This document shows, in pieces, positions 47,223 to 60,719 of a stretch of 64,000 nt of DNA. The position numbers were made by a program, and so were the translations under genes. The notes under the pieces were generated by a model. It was given only the letters and a program-made list of their open reading frames with translations, was not told the origin of the DNA and did no database searches. Every line of letters starts with the position of its first letter. Position 1 is the stretch's first letter. Source of the stretch: an uncultured Acidobacteriota bacterium (GTDB taxonomy: Bacteria; Acidobacteriota; Thermoanaerobaculia; Multivoradales; UBA5704); assembly GCA_963770895.1 (NCBI GenBank), contig CAVYRF010000002.1, positions 2,624,001-2,688,000 of the forward strand. Direction: 5' to 3'.

Positions 47223-48661
47223 CGGCGCCGCGCCTGGTTTCGGTCGCCATCCTGTCGTGGAACGGCCGCCGCCACCTGGAAGTCTGCCTGCAGGCGCTCG
47301 CCGAGCAGCAGGACCCCGGCGTCCCCTGGGAGATCCTGGTCCTCGACAACGGCTCGACCGACGGCACCGCCGCCTGGTTGGCCCGGCAGCGCCACCCGCG
47401 CGTGCGGCTGATCGAAAGCGCGGTCAACCTGGGCTTCTGCGCCGGCAACAACCGCCTGGTCGCCGACGCCGCCGGCGACGCGGTGGCCTTCCTGAACAAC
47501 GACACCAGGCCCCGCCCCGACTGGCTGGCGGCGCTGGTCGACGCCTACGGCGCGGCGCCTGCCGACGTCGCCGCGGTGTCGGGCAAGATCGTCGATTGGG
47601 CGGGCGAGCGGCTGGACTTCGGGCGCGGCGTCATGGCCTTCGACGGCCACGCCTTCCAGCTGGACTTCCGCCGCCCCCTGGCCGCCGCCCGCATCCCCGC
47701 CGCGGGCGAAGAGCTGCTCTTTGCCTGCGGCGGCAACATGCTCGTCCGGCGCGCCTCGTTCCTGGCCGCCGGCGGCTTCGATGCCAGCTACTTTGCCTAC
47801 CTGGAAGACGTCGACCTGGGCTGGCGCCTGTGGTCGGGAGGCGAGCGCGTGACCTTCGTGCCCGACGCCGTCGTCCACCACCGGTCCAGCGCCACCTCGG
47901 ACCTGCTGGGCCTCTACAACCGCGGCTTCCTGTTCGAGCGCAACGCCTTCCTGACCGCCTACAAGAACTACGAGCCGGGCCTGTGGGAGCGCGTCATGCC
48001 GGCGCTGCTGCTGACCTTCCTGTCGCGCACCCATACCATGCTCGCCGACAACAACCCCGGCGGCGGCTCCCTGCGCATCGACCCCTACGCCGGCTGGATC
48101 GCCAACACCGCCGCCGCGCCAGCCCCGCCGCCCGCGGCGCTAGATTCCGCCGCCGCGTCGCCGTCCGACGAGCACCCGGCCGCCGCACCCAGCCTGACAG
48201 CCGCGCCCGCCGCCGCCCGCCCGCCCGTCCTCAAGCGCCTGGTCCGCACCTGGCGCCAGCACGGCGCCCGCGAAGTCTGGCGCCGCGCCGGCCGCCGCCT
48301 GGCCGCCCTCCCCGCGGCGCGCGGCGGGGCAGCGGCCGGTGCGGTTGCGGACGCCGCCGCCAGCGTGCCGGTGCTCACCGACGAGCGCAGCGTCGCCCAG
48401 CTGCGCGCCCTGTCCTACCTGCTGTCGCACCTGGAACCCGCCGCCGCCGCCCGCCGGCAGGTACAAGCCCGCCGCCGCCGCCCCGACAGCGAGATCTTCG
48501 CCCGCTTCCCCCTCTACCTGGTCCCCACCTACCCCGGCGACCACGCCCTCTTCGCCAGCCCCGCCTTTGCCGCCTGGTTTCCCGCCGACCTGCCCATCGC
48601 CCGCCACACCCTGGCCGAAATCATGGAACCCGACTCCCCGCCCGCCAACCCCTCAACCTGA
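47219..48661 (+). CDS. GT2 glycosyltransferase
   Basis: ILSWNG, LDNGSTD, NLGFCAGNN, FLNND, GGFD..YFAYLEDVDLGWR. Confidence 0.92.
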   Translation: MTAPRLVSVAILSWNGRRHLEVCLQALAEQQDPGVPWEILVLDNGSTDGTAAWLARQRHPRVRLIESAVNLGFCAGNNRLVADAAGDAVAFLNNDTRPRPDWLAALVDAYGAAPADVAAVSGKIVDWAGERLDFGRGVMAFDGHAFQLDFRRPLAAARIPAAGEELLFACGGNMLVRRASFLAAGGFDASYFAYLEDVDLGWRLWSGGERVTFVPDAVVHHRSSATSDLLGLYNRGFLFERNAFLTAYKNYEPGLWERVMPALLLTFLSRTHTMLADNNPGGGSLRIDPYAGWIANTAAAPAPPPAALDSAAASPSDEHPAAAPSLTAAPAAARPPVLKRLVRTWRQHGAREVWRRAGRRLAALPAARGGAAAGAVADAAASVPVLTDERSVAQLRALSYLLSHLEPAAAARRQVQARRRRPDSEIFARFPLYLVPTYPGDHALFASPAFAAWFPADLPIARHTLAEIMEPDSPPANPST

Positions 48662-48704
48662 TCCCGGCCGGCGGGACATGGCCTGCCGCTGACCTACAAG
48701 CGCC

Positions 48705-49097
48705 TCATCCATCCGTGGGCGGCGAGCCCTTCTTGAACGTCAACAAAGACAGCGAACGGCGCCGGATGCCGCGTTCGTCCACGACCGTCATGGCGCCCGG
48801 GAGCCTGTCGGCGTGATCGGCGATCACACCCAGAACCCGCGATGTCTTCTCGAGGGAGGTGGACCGCGGCAACCGGATCAGAATGATTCCTGTGGCTGCC
48901 GAGCGCTGGAGGAATGCCAGCTCGGCGAAGTCCTTGTCGTTGGTCAGGAGAATTCGTTGCTCTTGGGTGGCCCTGGCCAGCACGTCGTGGTCGCCCAGGC
49001 CGGCGCTGTCACGGCCTATCTGCGCCACGTCGTGGCCCTCTGTCCGCAGCGTGTTGATCAGCAGGCCTTCGACGTTTTCGTCAGCTAGAAATCTCAC
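48705..49097 (-). CDS. DUF5615/Mut7-like PIN-domain toxin
   Basis: MRFLADENV, GHDV, D..VL, RILLTNDKDF. Confidence 0.9.
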   Translation of the reverse strand: MRFLADENVEGLLINTLRTEGHDVAQIGRDSAGLGDHDVLARATQEQRILLTNDKDFAELAFLQRSAATGIILIRLPRSTSLEKTSRVLGVIADHADRLPGAMTVVDERGIRRRSLSLLTFKKGSPPTDG

Positions 49098-49339
49098 CCT
49101 TGTCCGCGTACGTGCGGGATGAATTCGTCGGTGCCGACGGTTTGTCGGGCAAAGGCCAGGGCGGCCAGGATGTCTTCGCGTGTCAGGCGGGGGTAGTCGG
49201 ACCGTATCTCCTCGACCGAACGGCCGGCCGCCATCTTCTCCAGGATGATTTCGATGGTGATCCGCGTGCCTCGAATGACAGGCTTGCCAAGCATGATCTT
49301 GGGATCGATTTCAACCCTGTCGAGTGGGTCTTGTTCCAT
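49094..49339 (-). CDS. DUF433 antitoxin
   Basis: IDPKIMLGKPVIRGTRI, YPRLTREDILAALAF. Confidence 0.92.
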   Translation of the reverse strand: MEQDPLDRVEIDPKIMLGKPVIRGTRITIEIILEKMAAGRSVEEIRSDYPRLTREDILAALAFARQTVGTDEFIPHVRGQG

Positions 49340-49415
49340 CGTCGTGCTCCCCGCGGATGCCATCGCTCACCATCAATAACGTTTCGAGCATAGCGCAGCC
49401 GGCGATTTTCCCCGC

Positions 49416-49646
49416 TCACGAGCCGGGCGTGGGGGGTTGGGGGCGGCCGGCGATGGAGAGGAAGAGCTCTTCGACGACTTCCTTGAGCTCGACGGTGTAG
49501 GTGGCGAGCTCGCGGAGGGCCAGCTCGAGGTGCTCGGGGGAGGGGCGGGTGAGCGCGCCGCCGGAGCGCGGGCGGACTTTGTAGGTGAGGCGGTCGTCGA
49601 GGCTTTGCAGCTTCTGGTAGGCGTCCTTCAGTCGTTGCGCGTCCAT
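49416..49646 (-). CDS. Small hypothetical helical protein
   Basis: Abuts the cytochrome c stop; coding-like codon usage. Confidence 0.65.
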   Translation of the reverse strand: MDAQRLKDAYQKLQSLDDRLTYKVRPRSGGALTRPSPEHLELALRELATYTVELKEVVEELFLSIAGRPQPPTPGS

Positions 49647-49988
49647 CTATCGCCTCGCCTTCTCCTGCGGCAGGTGCAGGACGTAATCGGTGAGCGCCGA
49701 CAGCTGCTGTTCGTCCAGGGTGTCGGCAAAACCTGGCATGGCGCCGTAGCCGTCGGCGATGCGCTGGTAGAGGTAGAAGCGGCCGCGGATGCCGGCGCGC
49801 GCCAGGGGCGAGTTGGTGAGCGCCAGGCGGGGGTAGAGGCCGATCGAGCGGCTGTCCCCCCGGCCGTCGTCGCCGTGGCAGCGGGCGCAGCGCGCGCGGT
49901 ACAGATCGGCGGCCGGCACCTGCTGGCCGCCGCCGCAGCCGGCCAGTGCCAGCGCCGCCAGGGCCAGGAGTGCTGCCGTCCGTGTCAC
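49647..49988 (-). CDS. Monoheme cytochrome c lipoprotein
   Basis: Lipobox LAGC; CARCH; distal Met in MPGF; GTG start with GAGG RBS. Confidence 0.87.
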   Translation of the reverse strand: MTRTAALLALAALALAGCGGGQQVPAADLYRARCARCHGDDGRGDSRSIGLYPRLALTNSPLARAGIRGRFYLYQRIADGYGAMPGFADTLDEQQLSALTDYVLHLPQEKARR

Positions 49989-50022
49989 CGCAACCTCACC
50001 ACGACCAGGGCCTGAAGGTCGG

Positions 50023-50796
50023 TCAGCCGCGGCGGTGCACCATCTGGGCGGTGGCTTGGTCGAGCGGCCGCACCACCATCTCATCGATGTTGACGTGCGC
50101 CGGGCGGGTGGCGGCCCAGACGACGCATTCGGCGATGTCCTGGCCGACCAGCGGCTGCATGCCTTTGTAGACCGACCTGGCGCGCTCCTCGTCGCCATGG
50201 AAGCGGACGCGGGTGAACTCGCTGTCGACCAGGCCGGGATCGATCTCGGTGATGCGCACCGGCTGGCCCAGCAGCTCCATGCGCAGGGTGCGCGTCAGGG
50301 CGCGCAGGGCGTGCTTGGTGCTGGTGTAGCCGGCGCCGCCGACGTAGGTTTCGAAGCCGGAGACCGAGCCGATGTTGATGACGTGGCCGGCGCCCGAGGC
50401 CAGCAGCGCCGGCAGCAGGCCGCGCGTCATGCGCATCACGCCCAGGACGTTGGTCTCCCACATGATGCGCCAGTCGTCGTCGCTCGCCTTGCCGACGGGG
50501 TCCAGGCCGAAGGCCATGCCGGCGTTGTTGACCAGCAGGTCGAGCCGCGGCACCTGGGCCACGAACGCCTCGACGCTGGCGGCGTCGGCGACGTCGAGCG
50601 CCAGCCCCTGCGCTCCGGCGCCGGCGCCCGGCGCTGCGCCGCGGTTGATGTCGTCCGCGATCTGGCTCACCCGCTGCAGGCGGCGCGCTCCCAGGATCAC
50701 CTGAAACCCCGCCGCCGCCAGGGCGCGCGCGGTCGCTTCGCCGATGCCGGCGCTGGCGCCGGTGACCACTGCCGTCTTTGCCGCTCCGCTGCTCAT
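50023..50796 (-). CDS. SDR oxidoreductase (YdfG-like)
   Basis: TGASAGIG, NNAG, YxxxK (YTSTK), PAHVNI. Confidence 0.92.
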   Translation of the reverse strand: MSSGAAKTAVVTGASAGIGEATARALAAAGFQVILGARRLQRVSQIADDINRGAAPGAGAGAQGLALDVADAASVEAFVAQVPRLDLLVNNAGMAFGLDPVGKASDDDWRIMWETNVLGVMRMTRGLLPALLASGAGHVINIGSVSGFETYVGGAGYTSTKHALRALTRTLRMELLGQPVRITEIDPGLVDSEFTRVRFHGDEERARSVYKGMQPLVGQDIAECVVWAATRPAHVNIDEMVVRPLDQATAQMVHRRG

Positions 50797-50845
50797 GCCG
50801 TTCCTCCGCTCCACACGAACCTGGTTGTACCGCAGACCTGAGGCC

Positions 50846-51619
50846 TCAGACTTCGGCCGAGGGGCAGATGTCTGCCAGGACGCAGCGCGCGCACGCGGGG
50901 CGCCGGGCAATGCAGACTTCGCGCCCATGAAAGATCAGCAGGTGCGACCACAGGGTCCACGACGGCTGCGGCACCAGGGCCATCAGGTCGCGCTCGATCT
51001 TTTCGGGATCGGTCTGTTCGGTCAAGCCCAGGCGGTGGCTCAAGCGCTGCACGTGGGTGTCGACGACCACCCCGACGTTCTGGCCGAAGCCGCTCCCCAG
51101 GACGACGTTGGCGGTCTTGCGGCCGACGCCGGGCAGGCCGCGCAGCTCTTCCATGGTGTCCGGCACCTTGCCGCCGTGCTCCGCCACCAGCGCCTGCCCG
51201 AGCCCCAGCAGCGACCGCGCCTTGTTGTGGAAGAAGCCGGTGGTGCGCACCAGCTCTTCGAGCTCGGGGATGGTGGCCTTGGCCAGCTCGCGCGGCGACG
51301 GGAAACGGCGGAACAGCGCCGGCGTGACCATGTTGACCCGCTGGTCGGTGCACTGCGCCGACAGGATCGTGGCCACCAGCAGCTGGTAGGGGTTGTCGTG
51401 GTGCAGGGCGGTTTGCGCGTGGGGGTAGGCGCGGTGCAGGCGGTCCAGGATCTGCGCCGTGCGGCGCCGGCGCGCCGCGCCCGATTCGCGCCGCGCCTGG
51501 CCGGGGGTGAGGTGCGGCCGCGGTGGCGCGCCGTCCGGAGCGGCGGCGGCGTTGTCGGCGGCCGGGGCGGCGGCGGCACGGGCAGGACGGGCGGGGCGTG
51601 ACTGGGGGGTGCGCGGCAT
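50846..51619 (-). CDS. nth: Endonuclease III
   Basis: LVATILSAQCTD, LPGVGRKTANVV, VDTHV, C-X6-C-X2-C-X5-C. Confidence 0.96.
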   Translation of the reverse strand: MPRTPQSRPARPARAAAAPAADNAAAAPDGAPPRPHLTPGQARRESGAARRRRTAQILDRLHRAYPHAQTALHHDNPYQLLVATILSAQCTDQRVNMVTPALFRRFPSPRELAKATIPELEELVRTTGFFHNKARSLLGLGQALVAEHGGKVPDTMEELRGLPGVGRKTANVVLGSGFGQNVGVVVDTHVQRLSHRLGLTEQTDPEKIERDLMALVPQPSWTLWSHLLIFHGREVCIARRPACARCVLADICPSAEV

Positions 51620-51627
51620 CGCCGGGC

Positions 51628-51969
51628 TCAATCGGCGAACGCCCGCACTGCCCAGTTGAACAGCCCGATGACCAGGCCGCCGACGATGGCGGTGCCGCAG
51701 CCGGCGACCTTGAGGTGGTGCGGCAGGAGCATCGCCGCCAGGTACAGCACGAAGCCGTTGATCAGCAGGTAGAACAGACCCAGCGACAGCACGATCAACG
51801 GCAGCGACAGGAAGGTCAGGATCGGCTTGACCAGCAGGTTGAGCAGGCCGAGCACCAGGCCGGCCAGCAGCAGCCATTCGATGCCGCCGCTGTAATGGAT
51901 GCCGGGGACCAGGGTGGCCGCCAGCCACAGCGCCACGGCGTTGAGCACGACCTGCAACAGGGCACGCAT
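51628..51969 (-). CDS. 4-TM phage-holin-superfamily membrane protein (YvlD/DUF360-like)
   Basis: LGLLNLLVKPILTFLSLPL..LSLGLF.LLING. Confidence 0.85.
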   Translation of the reverse strand: MRALLQVVLNAVALWLAATLVPGIHYSGGIEWLLLAGLVLGLLNLLVKPILTFLSLPLIVLSLGLFYLLINGFVLYLAAMLLPHHLKVAGCGTAIVGGLVIGLFNWAVRAFAD

Positions 51970-52002
51970 GATGGGCCACGTCCTCCTACAGAGACAGAGA
52001 CG

Positions 52003-52530
52003 CTAACGGGAAGCCAGGATGAAGTCGCCGGCGATCGCCCGCGCTTGCGCCGCGACCCGGCGTTCGTTTTCGAAGCTGAGCTTTGCCAGGCCCTCGTCCC
52101 AGCCGAACCAGCCGGCGCCGGACACTTCCCGCGGGTCGAAGTCGGCGGCGTCGCCGCTGACGTAGGCCAGCAGGAAGTAGTCGACGTGCTTGTGGACGCG
52201 CAGCGCCCCCTTCTCCACGTACCAGTATTCGATCTCGGACAGCGGCGCCAGCACGCGGCCGGTGACGCCCGTCTCTTCGCGCACTTCGCGCACCGCCGCC
52301 TGGGCCGCGGTTTCACCGGCTTCGATATGGCCTTTGGCCAGCTGCCAGCGGCGGCCGTTGTGGGTCGAGATGAGCAGGATCTCCGGCGGATCGCCGCGCA
52401 CGATCAGGCCGCCGGCGGAGCGGTGATGCTCGGTCTTGAGCGCGCGGCCGCCGGGGCCGGCCGGTCCGCGGGGGTCGGCGGGGGCGGGGCCACCGCCGCC
52501 GCCGCCCTCAGTTGGCCGTCTCTTCGCCAT
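52003..52530 (-). CDS. NUDIX hydrolase
   Basis: [23 protein letters not shown] Nudix box. Confidence 0.92.
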   Translation of the reverse strand: MAKRRPTEGGGGGGPAPADPRGPAGPGGRALKTEHHRSAGGLIVRGDPPEILLISTHNGRRWQLAKGHIEAGETAAQAAVREVREETGVTGRVLAPLSEIEYWYVEKGALRVHKHVDYFLLAYVSGDAADFDPREVSGAGWFGWDEGLAKLSFENERRVAAQARAIAGDFILASR

Positions 52531-53131
52531 TGCCGCTGGGGGTCCACGAAGGCAGGGTGGCGGGGTTGACCCCCACCGATTCGAGCGCCGCCGCCCACAC
52601 CCGGTCGGGGTCCGGGGCGAAGATCAGGTCGCCCAGCGCCGGCGCGGTCAGCCAATCGTTGCGCAGGATCTCTTCGATCAGCTGGCCGGCGCCCCACCCC
52701 GCGTAGCCGAGAAACAGCCGGAACCGCTCCGGCGGCCCCTGGGCCAGCCGCGCCAGGTCGCCGACGTGCTGGGTGAGGGAGACGCCGGCGAACACCTCGG
52801 TCGCGGCGCCCGCGGGCGGGGCGTCCGCGGATGGGGCATCTGCGGAGGGAGCGTCTGCGGACGGGGCGCCGAACAGCACGGTGCCCAGCTGCGGCTGGAC
52901 CGGACCGCCGAAGTGGGCCACGGCGTCGTCGCGGCCGTGCCAATCGATGTCCATACCCTTGAGGATCTCGGCCATCTTGATGCCAGTCGGCCGGTTGACG
53001 ATGAACCCGGTGCTGCCGTCGTCTTCGTGGTGTACCAAGAGCACCACGCTGCGATGGAAGAACGGGTCAAGCACCTGCGGCATGGCGACCAACAGGACGG
53101 GAGTCTGCAAGGTCGCGGAGGCGCCTGGCAT
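52508..53131 (-). CDS. YqgE/AlgH family protein
   Basis: [37 protein letters not shown]...NDW. Confidence 0.92.
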   Translation of the reverse strand: MPGASATLQTPVLLVAMPQVLDPFFHRSVVLLVHHEDDGSTGFIVNRPTGIKMAEILKGMDIDWHGRDDAVAHFGGPVQPQLGTVLFGAPSADAPSADAPSADAPPAGAATEVFAGVSLTQHVGDLARLAQGPPERFRLFLGYAGWGAGQLIEEILRNDWLTAPALGDLIFAPDPDRVWAAALESVGVNPATLPSWTPSGNGEETAN

Positions 53132-53248
53132 GGCGGCATCTTACCCCGGACCGCTGTCGGCTTGCCGGGGAAGCTGGTATTGTCGCGGCAAGCGCGGCGC
53201 GGACGCCGTTGTGCCGCCGCCGCCGTAGAGCCCCCTGGGAGAGATCCG

Positions 53249-56065
<2,817 letters not shown>

Positions 56066-56145
56066 CGCCCCGCGGCAGCGGCTCTACCTTCTTTTGTATC
56101 TGAGACTTGCCGGCGATCTGCAACGCCGGCCGAGGAGGCTCCCCC

Positions 56146-56565
56146 ATGCACCAGCACACGCGTTTCAGCCCGGCCGCGACCGCCCTCTTCCTGGCCCTGA
56201 CCCTGTTCGCGGTGGTGGCGCCGCTGGCGCCGGTCGCCGCCCACGCCGCCGCCGACCCCTCCGTGGCGCACGTCGACGGCTACATCAGCGTCAGCCCCGA
56301 CGGCCGCTGCATGGCGCTGCGCCAGCACGACGGGTCGCTGCTCACCCTGGACGGGCGGCGCCGCGGCCTGCTGAACAACGATCACGTGCGGATGGAAGGG
56401 CGCATGGTGGCCGACAACCGCTGCGGCGGCCAGGGCGGCTTCGACATCTCGCTGGTGCAGACCATCTGGGCCGACGACCGCCACAAGTCGACCTATTACG
56501 ACCAGCTGCGCGACGGCACCTTCGACAACTGGCTGGCACGCAACCGCCCCAACCTGTTGCATTGA
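56146..56565 (+). CDS. Secreted small beta protein (DUF5818-like)
   Basis: RBS GAGGAGG; signal peptide; G.C..LR..DG...L.G....V..EG......C pattern. Confidence 0.6.
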   Translation: MHQHTRFSPAATALFLALTLFAVVAPLAPVAAHAAADPSVAHVDGYISVSPDGRCMALRQHDGSLLTLDGRRRGLLNNDHVRMEGRMVADNRCGGQGGFDISLVQTIWADDRHKSTYYDQLRDGTFDNWLARNRPNLLH

Positions 56566-56606
56566 CGCGCAGCGCGGCCGCCGACTTCTGATACCGTACT
56601 CGCGTC

Positions 56607-57506
56607 ATGACGCAAGCGACCTCTACGGCGGCGCCGCAGCCGCGCGCCGATGTTACGACCATCCGCATCGCCCACAGTCCCGACTCGGACGATGCGTTCA
56701 TGTTCTACGCCCTCACCCAGGGCCGCCTGGACATCGCCGGGCTGCGTGTCGAGCACGTGCTGCGCGACATCGAAACCCTCAACCAGGCGGCCTTCGCCGG
56801 CACCTACGAGATCACCGCGCTGTCGTTCCACGCCTATGCCCACCTGGCGGACCGGTATCAGCTGATGCCGTCCGGCGCCAGCTTCGGCGACGGCTACGGC
56901 CCGATCGTGGTGTGCCGTGACGCCGCCGCCGGCGGCCGCCTCACCCGCGAAAGCCTGGCCGGCCGCAAGGTGGCGATCCCCGGCCAGCTGACCACGGCAA
57001 ACCTGGCCTTGCGCCTGTGGCAGCCGGACGTCGCGACCCACATCGTCCCCTTCGACCGCATCCTGGACGTCGTGGCAGACGGCGAAGCCGACGCCGGCGT
57101 GGTGATCCACGAAGGCCAGCTGACCTATGGCGAGCAGGGGCTTGCCGCGGTCGTCGACCTGGGCGCCTGGTGGAAGGACACGACCGGCCTGCCGCTGCCG
57201 CTGGGCGGCAACGGCATCCGGCGCGACCTCGACCCGGCGCTCAAGGAGCGCCTGTCGCAGCTGCTCACGGCCAGCATCGCCTACGGGCTGGACCACCGGC
57301 AGGAAGCGCTGTCCTACGCGGTGCAGTACGCGCGCGGCCTGGAGGACGATCCCGAGCGTTCCGACCACTTCGTCAGCATGTACGTCAACGAGTGGACCCG
57401 CGACTACGGCGAGGCCGGACGCCGCGCCGTGCAGCTGCTGCTCGACCGCGGTTTCGCCGCCGGCCTGCTGCCGGCCCACGTCACTGCCGAGTTCGTCACC
57501 GCCTGA
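56607..57506 (+). CDS. mqnD: 1,4-dihydroxy-6-naphthoate synthase (futalosine pathway)
   Basis: HSPDSDDAFMFY, DIETLN, GDGYGP, IHEGQLTY, LPLPLGG, MYVN. Confidence 0.92.
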   Translation: MTQATSTAAPQPRADVTTIRIAHSPDSDDAFMFYALTQGRLDIAGLRVEHVLRDIETLNQAAFAGTYEITALSFHAYAHLADRYQLMPSGASFGDGYGPIVVCRDAAAGGRLTRESLAGRKVAIPGQLTTANLALRLWQPDVATHIVPFDRILDVVADGEADAGVVIHEGQLTYGEQGLAAVVDLGAWWKDTTGLPLPLGGNGIRRDLDPALKERLSQLLTASIAYGLDHRQEALSYAVQYARGLEDDPERSDHFVSMYVNEWTRDYGEAGRRAVQLLLDRGFAAGLLPAHVTAEFVTA

Positions 57507-57515
57507 GCGCGCGGT

Positions 57516-57540
57516 GTCCCCTGCGGCAACCGCAGGGGAC
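57516..57540. terminator. Hairpin after mqnD
   Basis: GTCCCCTGCGG-CAA-CCGCAGGGGAC; no U-tract. Confidence 0.5.
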
Positions 57541-57575
57541 GCTGGCGGCGGCTCGCCCGGCGGAAAGGAGCGCCC

Positions 57576-58307
57576 GTGCCGCGCGGCATCATCTTCGACC
57601 TCGACGGCACCCTGATCGATTCGCGGCGCGACATCGCGACCGCGGTCAATCGCATGCGGTCCGAACGCGACCTGCCGCCGCTGTCCGTCGCCGCCGTCGA
57701 CCGCATGATGGGCGAGGGGGCGCGCGTCCTGGTGCGCCGGGCGCTGCCGCCCGGCCTGGGCAAGGACGAGCTGCGCCAGGCCGTCACCAGCTACCTGGCG
57801 CACTACGAAGCGGTGTGCCTGGATACCACGGTCGCCTTTGCGGGTGTGCCGGCGATGCTCTCGTCGCTGGTGGAGGGCTTTGCCCTGGGCGTGCTCAGCA
57901 ACAAGGGCGAAGCCCTGTGCCGCCGCATCCTGGACGCCCTGGGCCTGGCCCGCCACCTGCGCGAAGTCGTCGGCGGCGACACCCTGCCCACCCGCAAGCC
58001 CAATCCCGGCGGCCTGTTCCTGCTCGCCGACCGCTTCGGCATGGCGGCGGAAACGCTGCTGCTGGTGGGCGACAGCGACGTCGACGCGCGCACCGCGCAG
58101 GCCGCCGGCTGTCCTTTCGCCCTCACCATCTGGGGGCAATCGGGCCAGGCGGGGCAGGACGGCGGGGCGTCCGGACCGGACGCCCCCACCGCCGTCGATG
58201 CGACCGGCGACGTGGACGCGCTGGTCACCGGCGGCCTCAAGCCGGCCTGGTGCTTCGCCCACCCCGCCGACCTGCAAGCCGCCTTCGGCCGCCCCGACGA
58301 CGACTAG
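57576..58307 (+). CDS. gph: HAD phosphatase, phosphoglycolate phosphatase-like
   Basis: IFDLDGTLIDS, SNK, RKPNP, VGDS..D. Confidence 0.8.
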   Translation: MPRGIIFDLDGTLIDSRRDIATAVNRMRSERDLPPLSVAAVDRMMGEGARVLVRRALPPGLGKDELRQAVTSYLAHYEAVCLDTTVAFAGVPAMLSSLVEGFALGVLSNKGEALCRRILDALGLARHLREVVGGDTLPTRKPNPGGLFLLADRFGMAAETLLLVGDSDVDARTAQAAGCPFALTIWGQSGQAGQDGGASGPDAPTAVDATGDVDALVTGGLKPAWCFAHPADLQAAFGRPDDD

Positions 58308-58427
58308 CGCCGTCCCGGCGCCCGCGACGCGGCGAGCGTCCGCCGTGCCGCGCGCGCGAGGGCTTGTGATATTTTTCGCGCACCGGTCTGTCCGGCCGCG
58401 GCTTACCATCCCCCAGGAGGACAGCGC

Positions 58428-59672
<1,245 letters not shown>

Positions 59673-59695
59673 ATCCAAAGACAACGGAGCTCCTG

Positions 59696-60619
59696 ATGCA
59701 CTACAAAGTCACCGTGGTGGGCGCCGGCAACGTCGGCGCCACGACCGCGCAGCGGATCGCCGAGGCCGACCTGGCCGACGTCGTGATGGTGGACGTGGCC
59801 GCCGACCTCGCCACCGGCAAGGCGCTCGACATGATGGAGGCCGCGCCCATCATGGGGTTCAACGCCCGCGTCAGCGGCGGCGGCGACTACGCCCTGACCG
59901 CCGGCTCGCACGTCTGCGTGGTCACCGCGGGCCTGGCGCGCAAGCCGGGGATGAGCCGCGACGACCTGCGCAACAAGAACACTGAAATCGTGCACGAGGT
60001 GGTCAAGAACCTGGTCGAGCATTCGCCCGACACCATCCTGATCGTGGTCACCAACCCGCTCGACGCCATGTGCGAGGTGGCGCGGCGCGCCTCCGGTTTC
60101 CCGCGCGAGCGCGTGCTGGGCATGGCGGGGGTGCTCGACGGCGGGCGCATGCGCTGGTTCATCGCCGACGAGCTCAAGGTGTCGGTGCAGGACGTCGACG
60201 CCTTCGTCCTGGGCGGCCACGGCGACACCATGGTGCCGCTGCCGCGCTATGCCACGGTCAACGGCATCCCGCTGCCGCAGCTGCTGGCCGCCGACCGCAT
60301 CGAAGCGATCAACCTGCGCACCAAGAACGGCGGCGCTGAAATCGTCAACTACTACAAGACCGGCTCCGCCTACTACGCGCCGGCCGCGGCCAGCTATGAA
60401 ATGGTGGCGGCGATCCTCCAGGACAAAAAGAAGATCCTGCCCTGCGCCGTGCAGCTCAAAGGCGAATACGGCGTTCACGACCTGTTCGTCGGCGTGCCGG
60501 TGAAGCTGGGCCGGGGCGGCGCCGAAAAGGTGGTCGAGCTGGCGCTGACCGGCGAAGAGCAGGCGCTGTTCGACCAGTCGGTGGCCGCGGTCCGCGGCCT
60601 GGTCGCGGAGCTGTCGTAA
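59696..60619 (+). CDS. mdh: Malate dehydrogenase (LDH-like)
   Basis: GAGNVG, ARKPGMSRDDL, NPLD, GGHGD, GSAYYAP. Confidence 0.96.
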   Translation: MHYKVTVVGAGNVGATTAQRIAEADLADVVMVDVAADLATGKALDMMEAAPIMGFNARVSGGGDYALTAGSHVCVVTAGLARKPGMSRDDLRNKNTEIVHEVVKNLVEHSPDTILIVVTNPLDAMCEVARRASGFPRERVLGMAGVLDGGRMRWFIADELKVSVQDVDAFVLGGHGDTMVPLPRYATVNGIPLPQLLAADRIEAINLRTKNGGAEIVNYYKTGSAYYAPAAASYEMVAAILQDKKKILPCAVQLKGEYGVHDLFVGVPVKLGRGGAEKVVELALTGEEQALFDQSVAAVRGLVAELS

Positions 60620-60719
60620 GCCGCTGGCGGTTCCGGCGATCGTGAAGGGGCGGCGGCCCGCCGCCGCATGAGCCGCGCCGGCGCCCGCGGCCTCGCGGGC
60701 GCCGGGCGGCACCGGACAA

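Noticed and set aside
48705-49339. DUF433/PIN TA pair, and the TA pair at 1-249, as island boundaries or defence system
   Set aside because: Well-known mobile TA families; no integrase, att repeats or tRNA adjacent
51628-51969. Holin-family gene as prophage evidence
   Set aside because: YvlD/DUF360-type proteins are common chromosomal genes; no phage genes nearby
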